IMG/VR virus record: IMGVR_UViG_3300032212_000003
Location: 11,633-75,632 of that record
Direction: 5' to 3' (one strand)
DNA length: 64,000 nucleotides
Source: a virus
Taxonomy: Duplodnaviria > Caudoviricetes
A model generated the notes under the pieces. That model made no database searches. It worked only from the letters and a program-made list of their open reading frames with translations, and was not told the DNA's origin. Positions 11,201 through 19,612 of this stretch are shown here, piece after piece (the first letter of the stretch is position 1; each line of letters begins with the position of its first letter). Both the position numbers and the translations under genes were made by a program.

Positions 11201-11707
11201 GATTTAGGTGATGGGGAAATACCATTATTTATATTTGCTTTAGTAGAAAATTCCACTGGAAATGTAGTTTCTATGTATACTGCACAAGAGGCACCTTGGC
11301 ATTACAATGGACCCACTTGTATAATACCAGATGGAGTTGATACAGCTGGAAATCAGTACCGAATGATAAAAACTATACCTGCTGAAATACTGGCAATGCC
11401 AGAAAGATTAAGATACTCAGCAATGTCTGAAGTAATTCCCGATAAAGTAGAACTTACTCAAGCCATTAAGAACCAGGACATGGACATTTTGCCTCACCCG
11501 TTTGATAATTTACCTGGCCATACTGCGGTATTATTAGATCCAATGGGCGCTGTATGCGAAGACCTTATAGAAGCTGGAAAACAAGGAGAAGATATTCATG
11601 ACATATTCTACAATAAATTCATAACAGTAGGGAATACTATGCTGAAAAGGAGTGGACCAGCTGGTTTACTTATACCTTCATTAAAGTGGAAAAATTCTAA
11701 TCCTTAG
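5297..11707 (+). CDS. Tail tip/hub-central fibre protein (host specificity)
   Basis: 2136 aa, GTG start; N-terminal hub-like region, Gly-rich segments, FN3-like repeats, C-terminal G-V-x-G repeats. Confidence 0.8.
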   Translation: MKTVNTNHLVNLKAISKSPRSTIVISFDDDDTDLVYISSHSDGSAPDGELHLAGYLEKDKISNQTQSVDVGKSTSTLGKFKFSVIDKGGAFSTLIGAKENAGFGLRKKRVVLYTGFKGDLWQDYEIDSTYIIDSSDQDELSFMYDCTDVNRLTRTKIFTPKIQYLRSSISASEKTFSIPVTGFDSATNTISVTKTGKLSGLDFEIGRIIDIAGTASNNGAFTVDSTTEDTVVVIEALVDETVAATASHTLRIQLTGSDLASYQAIEHDSQYEVWPGDTIGLVKIGEEIFLHDGPVQDVTYGYCIPVRLDGRGVLDTKIEPHEFDTGAEVDTQPEVKEVFYIEGAGPKIALSLLTGTLYGQTGTLPDNMHCAVPAKFIRTADFVNIGLDLWNPTTGTGRNLQFIIEEEVSAKDFIEKQIMLWLGCFTVIHADGSLGIKKIPSMKNLTGYVATIDNSLHFKRSSLKRKLNKVLNQIIVKWGKIVLKDKYTKTTPLVDATSIGTHKVNTPKVYHFDGVRLGASTDENIRDYLRTWRDLYAAPPYELTINVMYKLRQVEVGDALRVNLPEYKDVIKDQPFDRVMMVTSANYNPMSGDMRLTLIGPSTSPSPLLPVSASVKLDPAYYTPPSPATELGQAVIAGGGAMTGNVITSSPTLIGSPDMNSLDSVFYYAGDIQLADGVDIFIYDNVNFRINGYSNFTGNIISIGSSNTGGSGEDAAYQVIDITGDVVTFSENADNLAIGDDIQTYPHSSGRWLSVASKPTADSITVGYPDGGTINSSATVVGLTNLSHLFYGDVDSKNNVLAVQGFGINRGEGGLRAKYYSSGTQYSNTDQGVTDYAPDSVGEFSRHINIVNNGDSLGGLPTKFTGTGGTGGKIAATSAPSRPFEAISSAGTYMAMANGGAGGDGGAGFLLVCKGAGFGINGGIDLTGESGTLGDLYPLPVGLLPGDLTGSSGTGGNPGFALILYDGDYTVPNIEGKITSQMGATPTQGVPIIDGETISVSSQAGLAYRSSLHGSSEFIYGDEDAGFQYLPANLVPSGTIPDYSETAQTLQLVEVLNSPQSAEGNLSTIEITVTAPSDTSYAYSNIYYRLQGDTQWTFLLPAAGASVEVTQIVSSDGATWEYLARPVSLSGNENNEGLSAVITTTNVEAAPPTEPQLPTWLPLATPANLALLGGGTEFTGKACHIVWDYDATASATPQHFLHYKVEVYNASGTDTLQRTFVTSDPWFEYTEQMATEDGGPYRELRFDIVAVGRKGHESSIATANYTNPQAGTPLSVTLSNIFQAITMNYTLPNENDLAGILVYINDVSGFTADADTLVYDGQETSLYLSQFASLGVLSNMVSGSTYYVRYGLYDSFGVTGVTLSAEQSITVQGGIAAADVSGLSAWATRTTAADAAFIAANIGNDAITSTQIASIVAGKITTGTLSATLTVSGLLQTAASGWRVDVGPVIDGPDTFVLRYHNGLGNSKFQMDSLGNISIDGTVTIGATLASTIESNAASGATFTSGDAGALATANTADFATQVSGAAKPANNATVGADWNSNLTSYPGDLAVLNINTTKTDVGLSNVDNQSAATIQAGTTKANVGLGSVSDLTPSAMAQTGLNTGTTITGGGIQLNGGGSLRTLGKSYGIGNGVFFGWDATAYKLDLTSTTNSLRFNGTDLDITGTITGSSIIGGSIVTATSGKRVDINVGGSNEARFYDSLGVIKATIGINTSGLDTYVIELTPGTSEIGLFSSSTSSRGIVECENAGLGPGLKGESLSTTSSTAGVEGVGNNGCGVRGTVAQGLAGVLGESTNGSVGVSGVSDSVGAGSSSSIGVKGDSVNGTSVWCGATGSTGAPLRIEPYAASAAAPTHSSSDGDFWVTSAGVLYYYDAGWTKVVTGPAHQADISTTTGEVSSTTTSLTNIILPGGSYGFYPRVRQSNSNTSSAAIVTSNSSISSTYAARIALSDPDTGTTYADQTYVNASPPYDLGDGEIPLFIFALVENSTGNVVSMYTAQEAPWHYNGPTCIIPDGVDTAGNQYRMIKTIPAEILAMPERLRYSAMSEVIPDKVELTQAIKNQDMDILPHPFDNLPGHTAVLLDPMGAVCEDLIEAGKQGEDIHDIFYNKFITVGNTMLKRSGPAGLLIPSLKWKNSNP

Positions 11708-11734
11708 ATTAGCAAACAACTGGAGAGATTTACT

Positions 11735-11932
11735 ATGATAAACAAAGCAGTGGACGGTGCAATATCTCAGCACCAACAAGAATTACAATCTTTGGCAAAA
11801 GATATAGCTATGATGACCATCGAATTAGATAAAAAGAAAGAAAGGTTCGTGGTAGTAAATAATATACTAAGTACCTTTGAATTTGTCCAAGAGCAGACTA
11901 ATATACAGGAAGCTGGAAAAAATAAAGATTAG
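11735..11932 (+). CDS. Small coiled-coil protein, possibly a fibre chaperone
   Basis: RBS GGAGA; 65 aa with heptad pattern. Confidence 0.6.
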   Translation: MINKAVDGAISQHQQELQSLAKDIAMMTIELDKKKERFVVVNNILSTFEFVQEQTNIQEAGKNKD

Positions 11933-11984
11933 ACGTAAAGACTAATAAATGTAAGAATACTGAAAACGCACTGAGGTACACACC

Positions 11985-12158
11985 ATGCAAAGCTTATCAA
12001 AAGGTAAAGTACAACTTTTCGGACTTGTCAGAGACAAAGATGGAAAGCCTAAAATAGACGACATACATAACATACCAGAACCTATCTGGAATATGTTGTC
12101 TAAATCCGAGCAACAGGAGATAGAAAATGGCCGCAACTCACGCACCAGCAACCCGTAA
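11985..12158 (+). CDS. Small hypothetical protein (57 aa, not in the ORF track)
   Basis: RBS GAGG then ATG: MQSLSKGKVQLFGLVRDKDGKPKIDDIHNIPEPIWNMLSKSEQQEIENGRNSRTSNP; fills the gap. Confidence 0.65.
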   Translation: MQSLSKGKVQLFGLVRDKDGKPKIDDIHNIPEPIWNMLSKSEQQEIENGRNSRTSNP

Positions 12159-12498
12159 CGGCATAGCAGCCCTTGTATTAGCTAACATCGATGCAGATGT
12201 CGGCGCAGGCAATTTAGTTTTTCAGACCACAGGCGGAGCTGCGGATGTAGCCACTCTACCCTTGACAGATCCGGCAGGTGTAGTGGCAGCTGAGGTACTT
12301 ACTTTTAACGCTATAAGCTCCGACACTAACGCAGCTGGAGGCACTATAGCAGAAGCTTCTATCCAAGCTAATTTGGGCGCTGAAGTTTTACATTGTGACG
12401 TAGGCGTATCTGGATCTGATATTAACCTATCCAGTCTGGTTATTTCAGCAGGCGATACCGTAACAGTATCCGCTCTTACTTACACTGCACCTGTATAA
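12127..12498 (+). CDS. Putative virion structural/filament subunit
   Basis: 123 aa, Ala/Gly/Val-rich beta pattern (RNGIAALV...GTIAEASI...DINLSSLVISAGDTVTVSALTYTAP) seen in phage structural modules. Confidence 0.6.
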   Translation: MAATHAPATRNGIAALVLANIDADVGAGNLVFQTTGGAADVATLPLTDPAGVVAAEVLTFNAISSDTNAAGGTIAEASIQANLGAEVLHCDVGVSGSDINLSSLVISAGDTVTVSALTYTAPV

Positions 12499-12541
12499 GT
12501 CGCTATAAAAATTTGAATAAACAGTAACTGGGAGAGGCTAT

Positions 12542-12931
12542 ATGCCAGGCGTAACACCTAACGAAGGTAAAGATGTAATACTTGAGCTAATTTATGCCGG
12601 CAATGATTTTACCATCGGACTATTTACTAATAGTTCAGGTTTGTCTGAAACCTCTGTCTTTTCTGATTTGGTAGAACCCTCTTCCGCTGGTGGGTATGTT
12701 ACCCAAACATTAACTGGAGCCTCGTGGACAGTAGCACTTCAAAATGCCACCTATCCACTTGTCCAGTTCAATGCTTCTGGAGCAAATTTCTCAGCTCCTG
12801 TTTATGGGTACTTCATAGCTACAATTGAAGCCACTCCAAAAATTTTACATTTCGAAGTAGATCCCTCAGCTCCTAGAACCATTGTAGATGGCGGACCAGC
12901 CTACAATGTAGACTTATCGAGCATAGTATAG
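12542..12931 (+). CDS. Putative virion structural protein (small beta-sandwich)
   Basis: 129 aa; RBS GGAGAGG; same module and similar composition to the previous gene. Confidence 0.55.
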   Translation: MPGVTPNEGKDVILELIYAGNDFTIGLFTNSSGLSETSVFSDLVEPSSAGGYVTQTLTGASWTVALQNATYPLVQFNASGANFSAPVYGYFIATIEATPKILHFEVDPSAPRTIVDGGPAYNVDLSSIV

Positions 12932-14241
12932 TGGGAGTCAAACTACTCAGCGGCGGAACTCCTACACCATTTCCTAATCCGTTTAGCTGGGTCGAGGGCC
13001 TTGGTTTAGATACCGATCCAAGTTTTACAGCTATTCCAGCCAAAGATGTCAGGGCAACAAATGGCGTTGGGATTGACTACCAGCGGGTATTTGAGCCATC
13101 AGACGATTTAACTTATAGTGCCGTGTGGATGGTACTGGAATATTCACGTCATGAGGCATGTAACGCTCCGGACGCTAATGGCAATAGCTCGCGTATTCTC
13201 GTACTTGGAAGTGATAACTTCTGGCACATTTACAATATAAATTTAGATGGAAACAACGAAGTAACAACTGTTACATATGACCACGCAATTGTTAATCCAT
13301 CGGGAATAACTTTAGCAGAAGGAACTTGGGACCCGGTTGACCGTGACGTATTTACATATGTCGGAAAAGAAGCAACCAGTCTTGTAATGTATGAGTGGAA
13401 TTGTGCTAATCAAACCGAATCAGTAAGATTTGATTGGACGGCTCAAATCCAAGCGAGGCATCCATCATGGTCAGATGCTGTGGGTATAGCAAATATTGAT
13501 GAAGGAATGTATTCTGATGATGGTCGCTATGCTGCATTTTTAGTTCGTGCAGCAGCATTTGCCTACCGGGGCATAGTTTGTGTTGACATGCAAACGAATA
13601 CCATCCTTGGTTCCATAGAAGGGGGAGTTGAGCCCAATTATATAACAATGTCCCCCAGTGGAGACTATGTATCTCCAAGCTGGTATAACACTGGCGGTCC
13701 ATCTGGGACTGGTGGTGCTTGGGTATACAATAAAGACTTCACCAATCCACGTAGGATTTCAGTAGCCAACGGTGAACACGCTGATATGGTCAAAGGGGCA
13801 GATGGGGATGACTATTATGTGACAATTGGATTTGGTGATGTTTCTCAAATACCAGGACATGTGGGTGCAACTGATTGGATTTACGCAGTTAATTGTAGAA
13901 CGCAAGTTGTAACAAATTTATACTATACATACGATGCTAATGTGACAGACGCAATTCATTTTTCTGGACGGTGTATTGGATTACCTGGTTATATTGTAAC
14001 TTCTCATTACTCATTGAATGACCGTGATGGAATATACTTAACAAACATCCATGATGGTACAATTCGTCGCATAGGTTATTCGCATGTAATTGGTGCTCCC
14101 AGCTATTACCACCAACCGCATGCTATGATAAGTCCAAGTGGTAAACATGTTTTTTCTTCGACTAATGCTGAAGGAACCAGTACAAACCCGTACTCTATAA
14201 TGTTTCACTTACCAATTGATTCTATACCACCTGCAATTTAG
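12931..14241 (+). CDS. Beta-propeller protein (TolB/oligogalacturonate-lyase-like), putative receptor-binding protein
   Basis: Repeated blade motifs (YSDDGRY, MSPSGDY, ISPSGKHVFSS); 436 aa. Confidence 0.6.
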   Translation: MGVKLLSGGTPTPFPNPFSWVEGLGLDTDPSFTAIPAKDVRATNGVGIDYQRVFEPSDDLTYSAVWMVLEYSRHEACNAPDANGNSSRILVLGSDNFWHIYNINLDGNNEVTTVTYDHAIVNPSGITLAEGTWDPVDRDVFTYVGKEATSLVMYEWNCANQTESVRFDWTAQIQARHPSWSDAVGIANIDEGMYSDDGRYAAFLVRAAAFAYRGIVCVDMQTNTILGSIEGGVEPNYITMSPSGDYVSPSWYNTGGPSGTGGAWVYNKDFTNPRRISVANGEHADMVKGADGDDYYVTIGFGDVSQIPGHVGATDWIYAVNCRTQVVTNLYYTYDANVTDAIHFSGRCIGLPGYIVTSHYSLNDRDGIYLTNIHDGTIRRIGYSHVIGAPSYYHQPHAMISPSGKHVFSSTNAEGTSTNPYSIMFHLPIDSIPPAI

Positions 14242-14251
14242 GAAGTAAGCA

Positions 14252-15379
14252 ATGGCAATTACAGAAAAGACTATACTAAACTTCGGTACGGCAGTTCTCG
14301 TAACGAATGAAACTGCCAATAACTTAGATTCTCCAGCAGTTGGAACGGATTTAGTTGGTATTTCCTTGGGCGTTACTGGTGTGACCTTTGATCTGATCAC
14401 AGGTTTCAGTGCTAATTCAGCTACCTCACCGGGGCCGGGTGCTGATCTAACGGACCAGCAAATAAATTCCGCCAATATGTATAATGCAGCGGGTAGCATA
14501 AGCTGTACTCTTACTTTTCCTGTCGCTCACGGCCCTGTAGATATTCGTGTTTATAACTGTGTTGATGGGTTCTTTACCGGTCAGGACAACATGACCGCCA
14601 GTGCAATTGGCCTGACCACTGTGTCTGAAAGTAGGGGCTTACTCCTAGCTACAGATATTGGCTCCAATAATCCAAACGGTGAGTTCTTCACATTATTAAA
14701 TGTCACACCTGATGCTTCAAATCAGATTGTAATCCAGTTGGATAATGATGAAGCAGCCCCAGCCGGTTTACAGGGCATTGTTCTGTTCCCCGCAGCCGCA
14801 GCAAATCCTGTTTTAAGTGCTCCAACTAACACTAAAACCTCAACATCTATAACACCAAGTGTTTCAACTGACACTGTTGCCGGAACAGTTTATGCTGTTG
14901 CTGTAGATACTGGTGCTGGCGTTCCTTCAGCCGCACAGATAATAGCCGGAACTGACTCACTGGACGCAGCAACACCGAATAGTAATTCAGCAGTTTCTGC
15001 CAGCCCTCAGGCTCTACCGGCATTAGCTGGATTGTCTGCATCAACTGGATATGACATTTATTTAGTTCAGGTTGATGGAACTAATTCTAATGTAGTGTCG
15101 ATGATCAATGTCATTACAGATGCTGAGACCACTCAAACATCTTTTAGCCTGACTGATAATGAAGCTGTAACTTCACCAGTAGCAAGCACGGCATTTAGTT
15201 TTGCGATATACACCGGGATAGGTGGTACGCTCTTAGAAACAGGAACATTCTCTACAGATGTTAATGGGGACGTAACTATATCAGGACTAACTTCAACTCC
15301 AGCCGGGTCAGCGTATATCTTATGTTGGATAACCGCCACTCCTACTTTCGTATCTCCATTCGCTATAACGGTGACATAA
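14252..15379 (+). CDS. Virion adhesin-like protein with an FN3-like domain
   Basis: Segment GTVYAVAV..GAGVPSAAQIIAG...LAGLSASTGYDIYLVQVD resembles FN3-like domains of surface proteins. Confidence 0.55.
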   Translation: MAITEKTILNFGTAVLVTNETANNLDSPAVGTDLVGISLGVTGVTFDLITGFSANSATSPGPGADLTDQQINSANMYNAAGSISCTLTFPVAHGPVDIRVYNCVDGFFTGQDNMTASAIGLTTVSESRGLLLATDIGSNNPNGEFFTLLNVTPDASNQIVIQLDNDEAAPAGLQGIVLFPAAAANPVLSAPTNTKTSTSITPSVSTDTVAGTVYAVAVDTGAGVPSAAQIIAGTDSLDAATPNSNSAVSASPQALPALAGLSASTGYDIYLVQVDGTNSNVVSMINVITDAETTQTSFSLTDNEAVTSPVASTAFSFAIYTGIGGTLLETGTFSTDVNGDVTISGLTSTPAGSAYILCWITATPTFVSPFAITVT

Positions 15380-17521
15380 ATGCCATTTCTAGTATTTAAT
15401 ACAGAAAATGGACAGGCTCCTGTTGGAGATTTCGTTGTTGCAGATGTCAATCAATATGTTCCTCCTATTACAGGATCTGGTTCATTAGTATCACAATCAG
15501 CCACGATATCAGGGACTGGATCACAGAGTGGGTTTGTTTCCGATACATTTGATGGGAACGGTGCTCTTGGAGCACACTGGCTTGCCCATCAACCTGAGCG
15601 TAGAGTAAGCGGAACTTCCAGAGTTAATGGATACTTTGAAGGAGATATATTAGTAGGAGAAAATGACGGAAATATCACCGAGTGGTATGCTGGATTATCC
15701 GGGGCATATCACTATCAGGAAGTTGATTTTCCAGCATCTGGGTTTACAGAATTTATAATAAAAGGAGTTGGTGTTGGACCCGTTTCTACACCGCAAGATA
15801 ATCTACCATCAAACGGGGGTTATGCATTTGCCGGCGTAATGGCGCATGTTGCAAACTCATTTGCAGCAAACAGTTATGAATTTGCTGTAGTAGGTCACAG
15901 AGGAAGCACAGCAGCTACTATAGAAACAAAATCAACTCTAAATAGCAGTAGTTCAGTATTGGATGAAGGTCCAAATGTATTCACTGGTACTGGTGTAACT
16001 CACGGCGATATAAGAATAAGATTGTATTCAGATAGTACGGTTGAGTTTGCCTACTCTGACCTGGACGCTGACTCGTGGACATTAATAAACGGTACTGGTT
16101 CAACACCAGCAACCAATAAGCCAACATTTGGGTCATCAGTATATATAGGGTTGATCATATATGCTGAAGGAGGGCTAGAACTTCCGTTCACAGGTACAGT
16201 AAGCTCCTTCCAGAAAGCTCCTTTATTCTCTGTTCATACAGGTACGGGAGCGTTATCATCACAACCCTGTCAGGTGTCAGGTGCAGGTGTTCGTGAAGTG
16301 TCCGGAGTTGGTACCTTAACTTCTCAAAATTCTGCCATCTCAGGTACCGGAGCCAGAGAAGTGTCCGGAGTTGGTACCTTAACTTCTCAAAATTCTGCCA
16401 TCTCAGGTACCGGAGCCAGGGAAGTGTCAGGATCAGGTTCTCTGACTTCTCAAGAATCCAGTGTATCCGGAGCAGGGACTTCTTCAGCGCCAGGTTCAGG
16501 TGACCTAATATCTCAAGTCGCTCAAATTTCTGGAGTAGGGTCCAGAGAGGTATCAGGTACAGGTACCTTGACCGCTCAAAATTCTCAAGTTTCAGGTACC
16601 GGCATAAAAGAAGTAACCGGATCAGGTACCTTAAGCTCCCAAGATTCTGTAGTTTCAGGGTCAGGCACTGCTATAGCTAATTACAATATAGTGGCGGACA
16701 TATCAGTAACACTGACAATAGATTCCACTTTCAGTATGTCATCAATACATACTGGGTCGGGGGCCTTGGCTTCACAGGAGGCCACTGTAGCAGGTTCTGG
16801 AGCTTCCTCATCTGAGCATACAGGAACAGGTACCTTGGCCTCTCAGGCGGCTTCTTTAAACGGCACAGGAGTGGCTACATCTCCCGGTACCGGTGATTTA
16901 GTATCTCAGCCAGGTTCCATATCAGGCGTTGGCTCCAGAGAAGTCTCAGGAGTAGGATCACTAATTTCTCAAGAAAGTAACATTGCAGGGATTGGAGGTA
17001 CGTTAGTTTCAGGTACAGGGGCTTTGATATCACAATCAGGTTCGGTTAACGGAACAGGTAGTCGGTCTTCAGTAGGTTCTGGAACATTAAATTCACAGAC
17101 CGCTGACGTATCCGGTACCGGAACCTCAAGTGCCACAATTACGGGGTCTGGATCGTTAGTATCTCAGCCAGCTACCTTGTTAGGGGCCGGGGAATCTATC
17201 ACGGTAGGGGCCGGAAGCTTAGTATCCCAGCCTTCTGAAATCAGTGGTACAGGTTCTCGGGAAGTGGTTGGAGCTGGAAGCTTAATATCCCAACCATCCA
17301 CCATATCAGGTATAGGAAATATTGTAGGAGCCATAGTGGGATCAGGGGCCATGGTGGCATCCTCTTCTCAAATATCAGGGTCTGGAGTAAGGAACGTAGC
17401 CGGAGTAGGCAGTTTAATAGCAGCTTCTGGAAACATTGTAGGATATACTGTAGTTACACTGCCAGGCGGTGTACTGACCTTAGAGGTCGAAGACAAGACT
17501 TTAGAAGTTACAGCAAATTAG
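15380..17521 (+). CDS. Repeat-rich fibre protein with an N-terminal lectin-like domain
   Basis: ~280-aa beta-sandwich N-terminus, then 18 copies of a ~21-aa unit G-x-G-x-L-x-S-Q-x-x-x-I/V-S-G-x-G. Confidence 0.65.
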   Translation: MPFLVFNTENGQAPVGDFVVADVNQYVPPITGSGSLVSQSATISGTGSQSGFVSDTFDGNGALGAHWLAHQPERRVSGTSRVNGYFEGDILVGENDGNITEWYAGLSGAYHYQEVDFPASGFTEFIIKGVGVGPVSTPQDNLPSNGGYAFAGVMAHVANSFAANSYEFAVVGHRGSTAATIETKSTLNSSSSVLDEGPNVFTGTGVTHGDIRIRLYSDSTVEFAYSDLDADSWTLINGTGSTPATNKPTFGSSVYIGLIIYAEGGLELPFTGTVSSFQKAPLFSVHTGTGALSSQPCQVSGAGVREVSGVGTLTSQNSAISGTGAREVSGVGTLTSQNSAISGTGAREVSGSGSLTSQESSVSGAGTSSAPGSGDLISQVAQISGVGSREVSGTGTLTAQNSQVSGTGIKEVTGSGTLSSQDSVVSGSGTAIANYNIVADISVTLTIDSTFSMSSIHTGSGALASQEATVAGSGASSSEHTGTGTLASQAASLNGTGVATSPGTGDLVSQPGSISGVGSREVSGVGSLISQESNIAGIGGTLVSGTGALISQSGSVNGTGSRSSVGSGTLNSQTADVSGTGTSSATITGSGSLVSQPATLLGAGESITVGAGSLVSQPSEISGTGSREVVGAGSLISQPSTISGIGNIVGAIVGSGAMVASSSQISGSGVRNVAGVGSLIAASGNIVGYTVVTLPGGVLTLEVEDKTLEVTAN
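16295..16428 (+). repeat. Near-perfect 63-bp tandem duplication in the fibre gene
   Basis: Units start at 16295, 16358 and (partial) 16421; the first two differ only at the last base. Confidence 0.95.
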
Positions 17522-17530
17522 AGGACAGTT

Positions 17531-17878
17531 ATGGCTACTCAAAAATTAACGGTAGGGGATTCAGTGGGGCTTAGGTGTACACTTTACAGAGCCAAAACAA
17601 TAGTTCCCATAAACTCATCTTCTACCATAAGAGTAGCCGTAACTAATATGCGCAGCACCGTGTCTTTTACCGGTTCTGTAACACTCGACATAAATGACTC
17701 ATCCCATGCACTGGGGTCAGGAGTTGTCTGGGCGTACATACCGGCAGCCCTTACTCAAGATATGATACCGGGGGACGCTATTTTGGAGATAGAGGTAAAT
17801 GATCCAACTGAAGTACCTGGGAATCAACAATCGACCTGGAAGCTAAAAGTTAAAGTACAGGCCAGCACTATAAACTAA
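17531..17878 (+). CDS. BppU-N-like small structural/adaptor protein
   Basis: 115 aa, pattern VGDSVGL.CTL...DMIPGDAILEIEV typical of BppU N-terminal-like domains. Confidence 0.5.
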   Translation: MATQKLTVGDSVGLRCTLYRAKTIVPINSSSTIRVAVTNMRSTVSFTGSVTLDINDSSHALGSGVVWAYIPAALTQDMIPGDAILEIEVNDPTEVPGNQQSTWKLKVKVQASTIN

Positions 17879-17890
17879 GGAATTGATATT

Positions 17891-18406
17891 ATGCCAAGTT
17901 ATGATAAAGACTCACAAGATAAGTTAGATACATGCATGTCACCTTTGCGTAATTTATTTAACTCAGTTATAAAAGGTCGCGACAATACGATACTTTATAG
18001 CCTGAAAAGTAAAGAAGATCAAACTAAAGGGGTTAGAAATAACGCATCAAAATTTAAATTTCCTGATAGCCCCCACAATGGAATTTCTCCAAAGTTTGAT
18101 AAGTCATCAGCTGTAGATGTGGCTCCCTATCCTATTCCAAATGGGTGGAGTGAGATAAATAGTATAGCTAAATCTAAAAATTGCATGGAATTTGAAGAAC
18201 TTTTAAAGTTTTATGAATTTTCAGCTATAGTAAAATATGAGTGGGCCAAAATGCAGGCCAGTGACAAAAGCTGTAATAACTACGAATTAATTTGGGGCGG
18301 AGATTTTGAGACGGTAAATCTTAATGACCTAATTCATTATGAGTTAGTAAAAAAGAAAAAACCTAAGAAGGAACAAACTTCTAAAACTACCCAAACGGAT
18401 GATTAA
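17891..18406 (+). CDS. Endolysin, peptidase M15 (L-Ala-D-Glu peptidase, T5-lysin-like)
   Basis: Zn-ligand motifs SPH, AVD and DLIHYEL; WGGDF; located in the lysis position. Confidence 0.8.
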   Translation: MPSYDKDSQDKLDTCMSPLRNLFNSVIKGRDNTILYSLKSKEDQTKGVRNNASKFKFPDSPHNGISPKFDKSSAVDVAPYPIPNGWSEINSIAKSKNCMEFEELLKFYEFSAIVKYEWAKMQASDKSCNNYELIWGGDFETVNLNDLIHYELVKKKKPKKEQTSKTTQTDD

Positions 18407-18464
18407 TTAAAACAACTAAGCAGGTAAACTGTAAAAGGTCCTGCGGTTAGTTGAGGATATAAAC

Positions 18465-18896
18465 ATGGCCGAAAACACCACTTACACAGAAGACGAAGTT
18501 ACAACAGCCCTAAATATGCAGGAACTTAGGCTAGGGCTAAAGACTGTCACAACTACATTGACAGCGCTTCAATCACTCGTACAAAGCTCAGCAAAGAATG
18601 GAGAAGATGAATTCCGTAAAGTCTTAGACGAGATACGAAGTGAGGAACTTAAGAGAGTGGTGGATAAAAACGATATCCGTGAAGAAGTGTTTGAAAAGTT
18701 CTTGCAGAAAAAAGATCTTAAGACTTACCTCGCCATAATTATGGTGGTAGTAAGTTTAACCACCGGAGGAATTCAGTGGATTATGGGGACCATAACTGCA
18801 AAGGCCACTGACATTAAGATGGAAGCCAATAAGGATAAAGTCATAAAAGAATTAGTTAAAACTTTGGAAAACCATAAAGTAACATCAGAAAACTAA
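18465..18896 (+). CDS. Single-TM membrane protein (holin/antiholin-like)
   Basis: Coiled coil plus one hydrophobic helix (YLAIIMVVVSLTTGGIQWIM); next to the endolysin. Confidence 0.55.
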   Translation: MAENTTYTEDEVTTALNMQELRLGLKTVTTTLTALQSLVQSSAKNGEDEFRKVLDEIRSEELKRVVDKNDIREEVFEKFLQKKDLKTYLAIIMVVVSLTTGGIQWIMGTITAKATDIKMEANKDKVIKELVKTLENHKVTSEN

Positions 18897-18908
18897 GAGG
18901 TAATAATT

Positions 18909-19283
18909 GTGAGCGATGTCCATGATAAAGCAAGTTTAATAGATAAATTGATAGAATCTTACTCTCCACTTCTTTTTGATGCTAACTTAGTTTTTGCAAT
19001 ATTACTTGCCTGGGCATTGACTGGATTCATAAAACAAGCCCCTTTCATATTGAGTACAAAGCCGGCAGCAAATCGTCGGTGGAGAGTTAGACTTATATCC
19101 GCCATCATAGGATTTCTTTGTGTAGTATTTATGAAGAGGGAGATGATATACAGCAACCCTGATCATGTTATAACCTTCGGAATATTAGTAGCCTTCACTC
19201 ACGGGTTTATTTACAACTTAGTATACGCAGCAGTTAACCGGATATCTCCCACTACCGCTGAGATAATGAAAGGTAAAAAATAA
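18909..19283 (+). CDS. Putative holin (3 TM helices)
   Basis: Three hydrophobic segments, basic C-terminus; last late gene. Confidence 0.55.
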   Translation: MSDVHDKASLIDKLIESYSPLLFDANLVFAILLAWALTGFIKQAPFILSTKPAANRRWRVRLISAIIGFLCVVFMKREMIYSNPDHVITFGILVAFTHGFIYNLVYAAVNRISPTTAEIMKGKK

Positions 19284-19610
19284 CTACTCATCAAAGACGG
19301 ACATAAAGTAAGAGCACCTGGTGCACCACTTCTCTCCCAGTTTGTTAACACTTAAGTGACCTTGACCACAACCCTTGCATACCTCCTGAGTCTCATACCC
19401 TTGAGTATCTTCAAAGGGAATTTCTTTTAAATGAAATACTCCTCCAAATTGAATACCTAACCAAGCCAATCTTATAAACAAACCCTTGTGAGTGAATGGC
19501 TTTTTACCGCTGTACACTGAAGGCCTAAAGTCTGAGTCCAACATCTCCTCAGAATTTTGTATTGTAGGTATTAGGTACCCTAACCATAAATATCTTAATA
19601 ACGACGACAT
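19284..19610 (-). CDS. Hypothetical protein with a C-terminal zinc ribbon
   Basis: CKGC...CTRC. Confidence 0.6.
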   Translation of the reverse strand: MSSLLRYLWLGYLIPTIQNSEEMLDSDFRPSVYSGKKPFTHKGLFIRLAWLGIQFGGVFHLKEIPFEDTQGYETQEVCKGCGQGHLSVNKLGEKWCTRCSYFMSVFDE

Positions 19611-19612
19611 AA

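Noticed and set aside
12017-12032. Degenerate palindrome copy TTTCGGAC-TT-GTCAGA
   Set aside because: The core is broken and it lies inside the 57-aa coding sequence (LFGLVR), so it is probably coincidental
1911-17352. Antisense ORFs within the late genes (e.g. 1911-2318, 3138-3449, 15133-15450) and similar plus-strand ORFs inside the minus-strand genes
   Set aside because: Shadow frames of long genes, with Ser/Leu-rich composition and no RBS
5297-17521. Diversity-generating retroelement targeting the fibre genes
   Set aside because: No reverse transcriptase and no template/variable repeat pair differing at adenines noticed in the window
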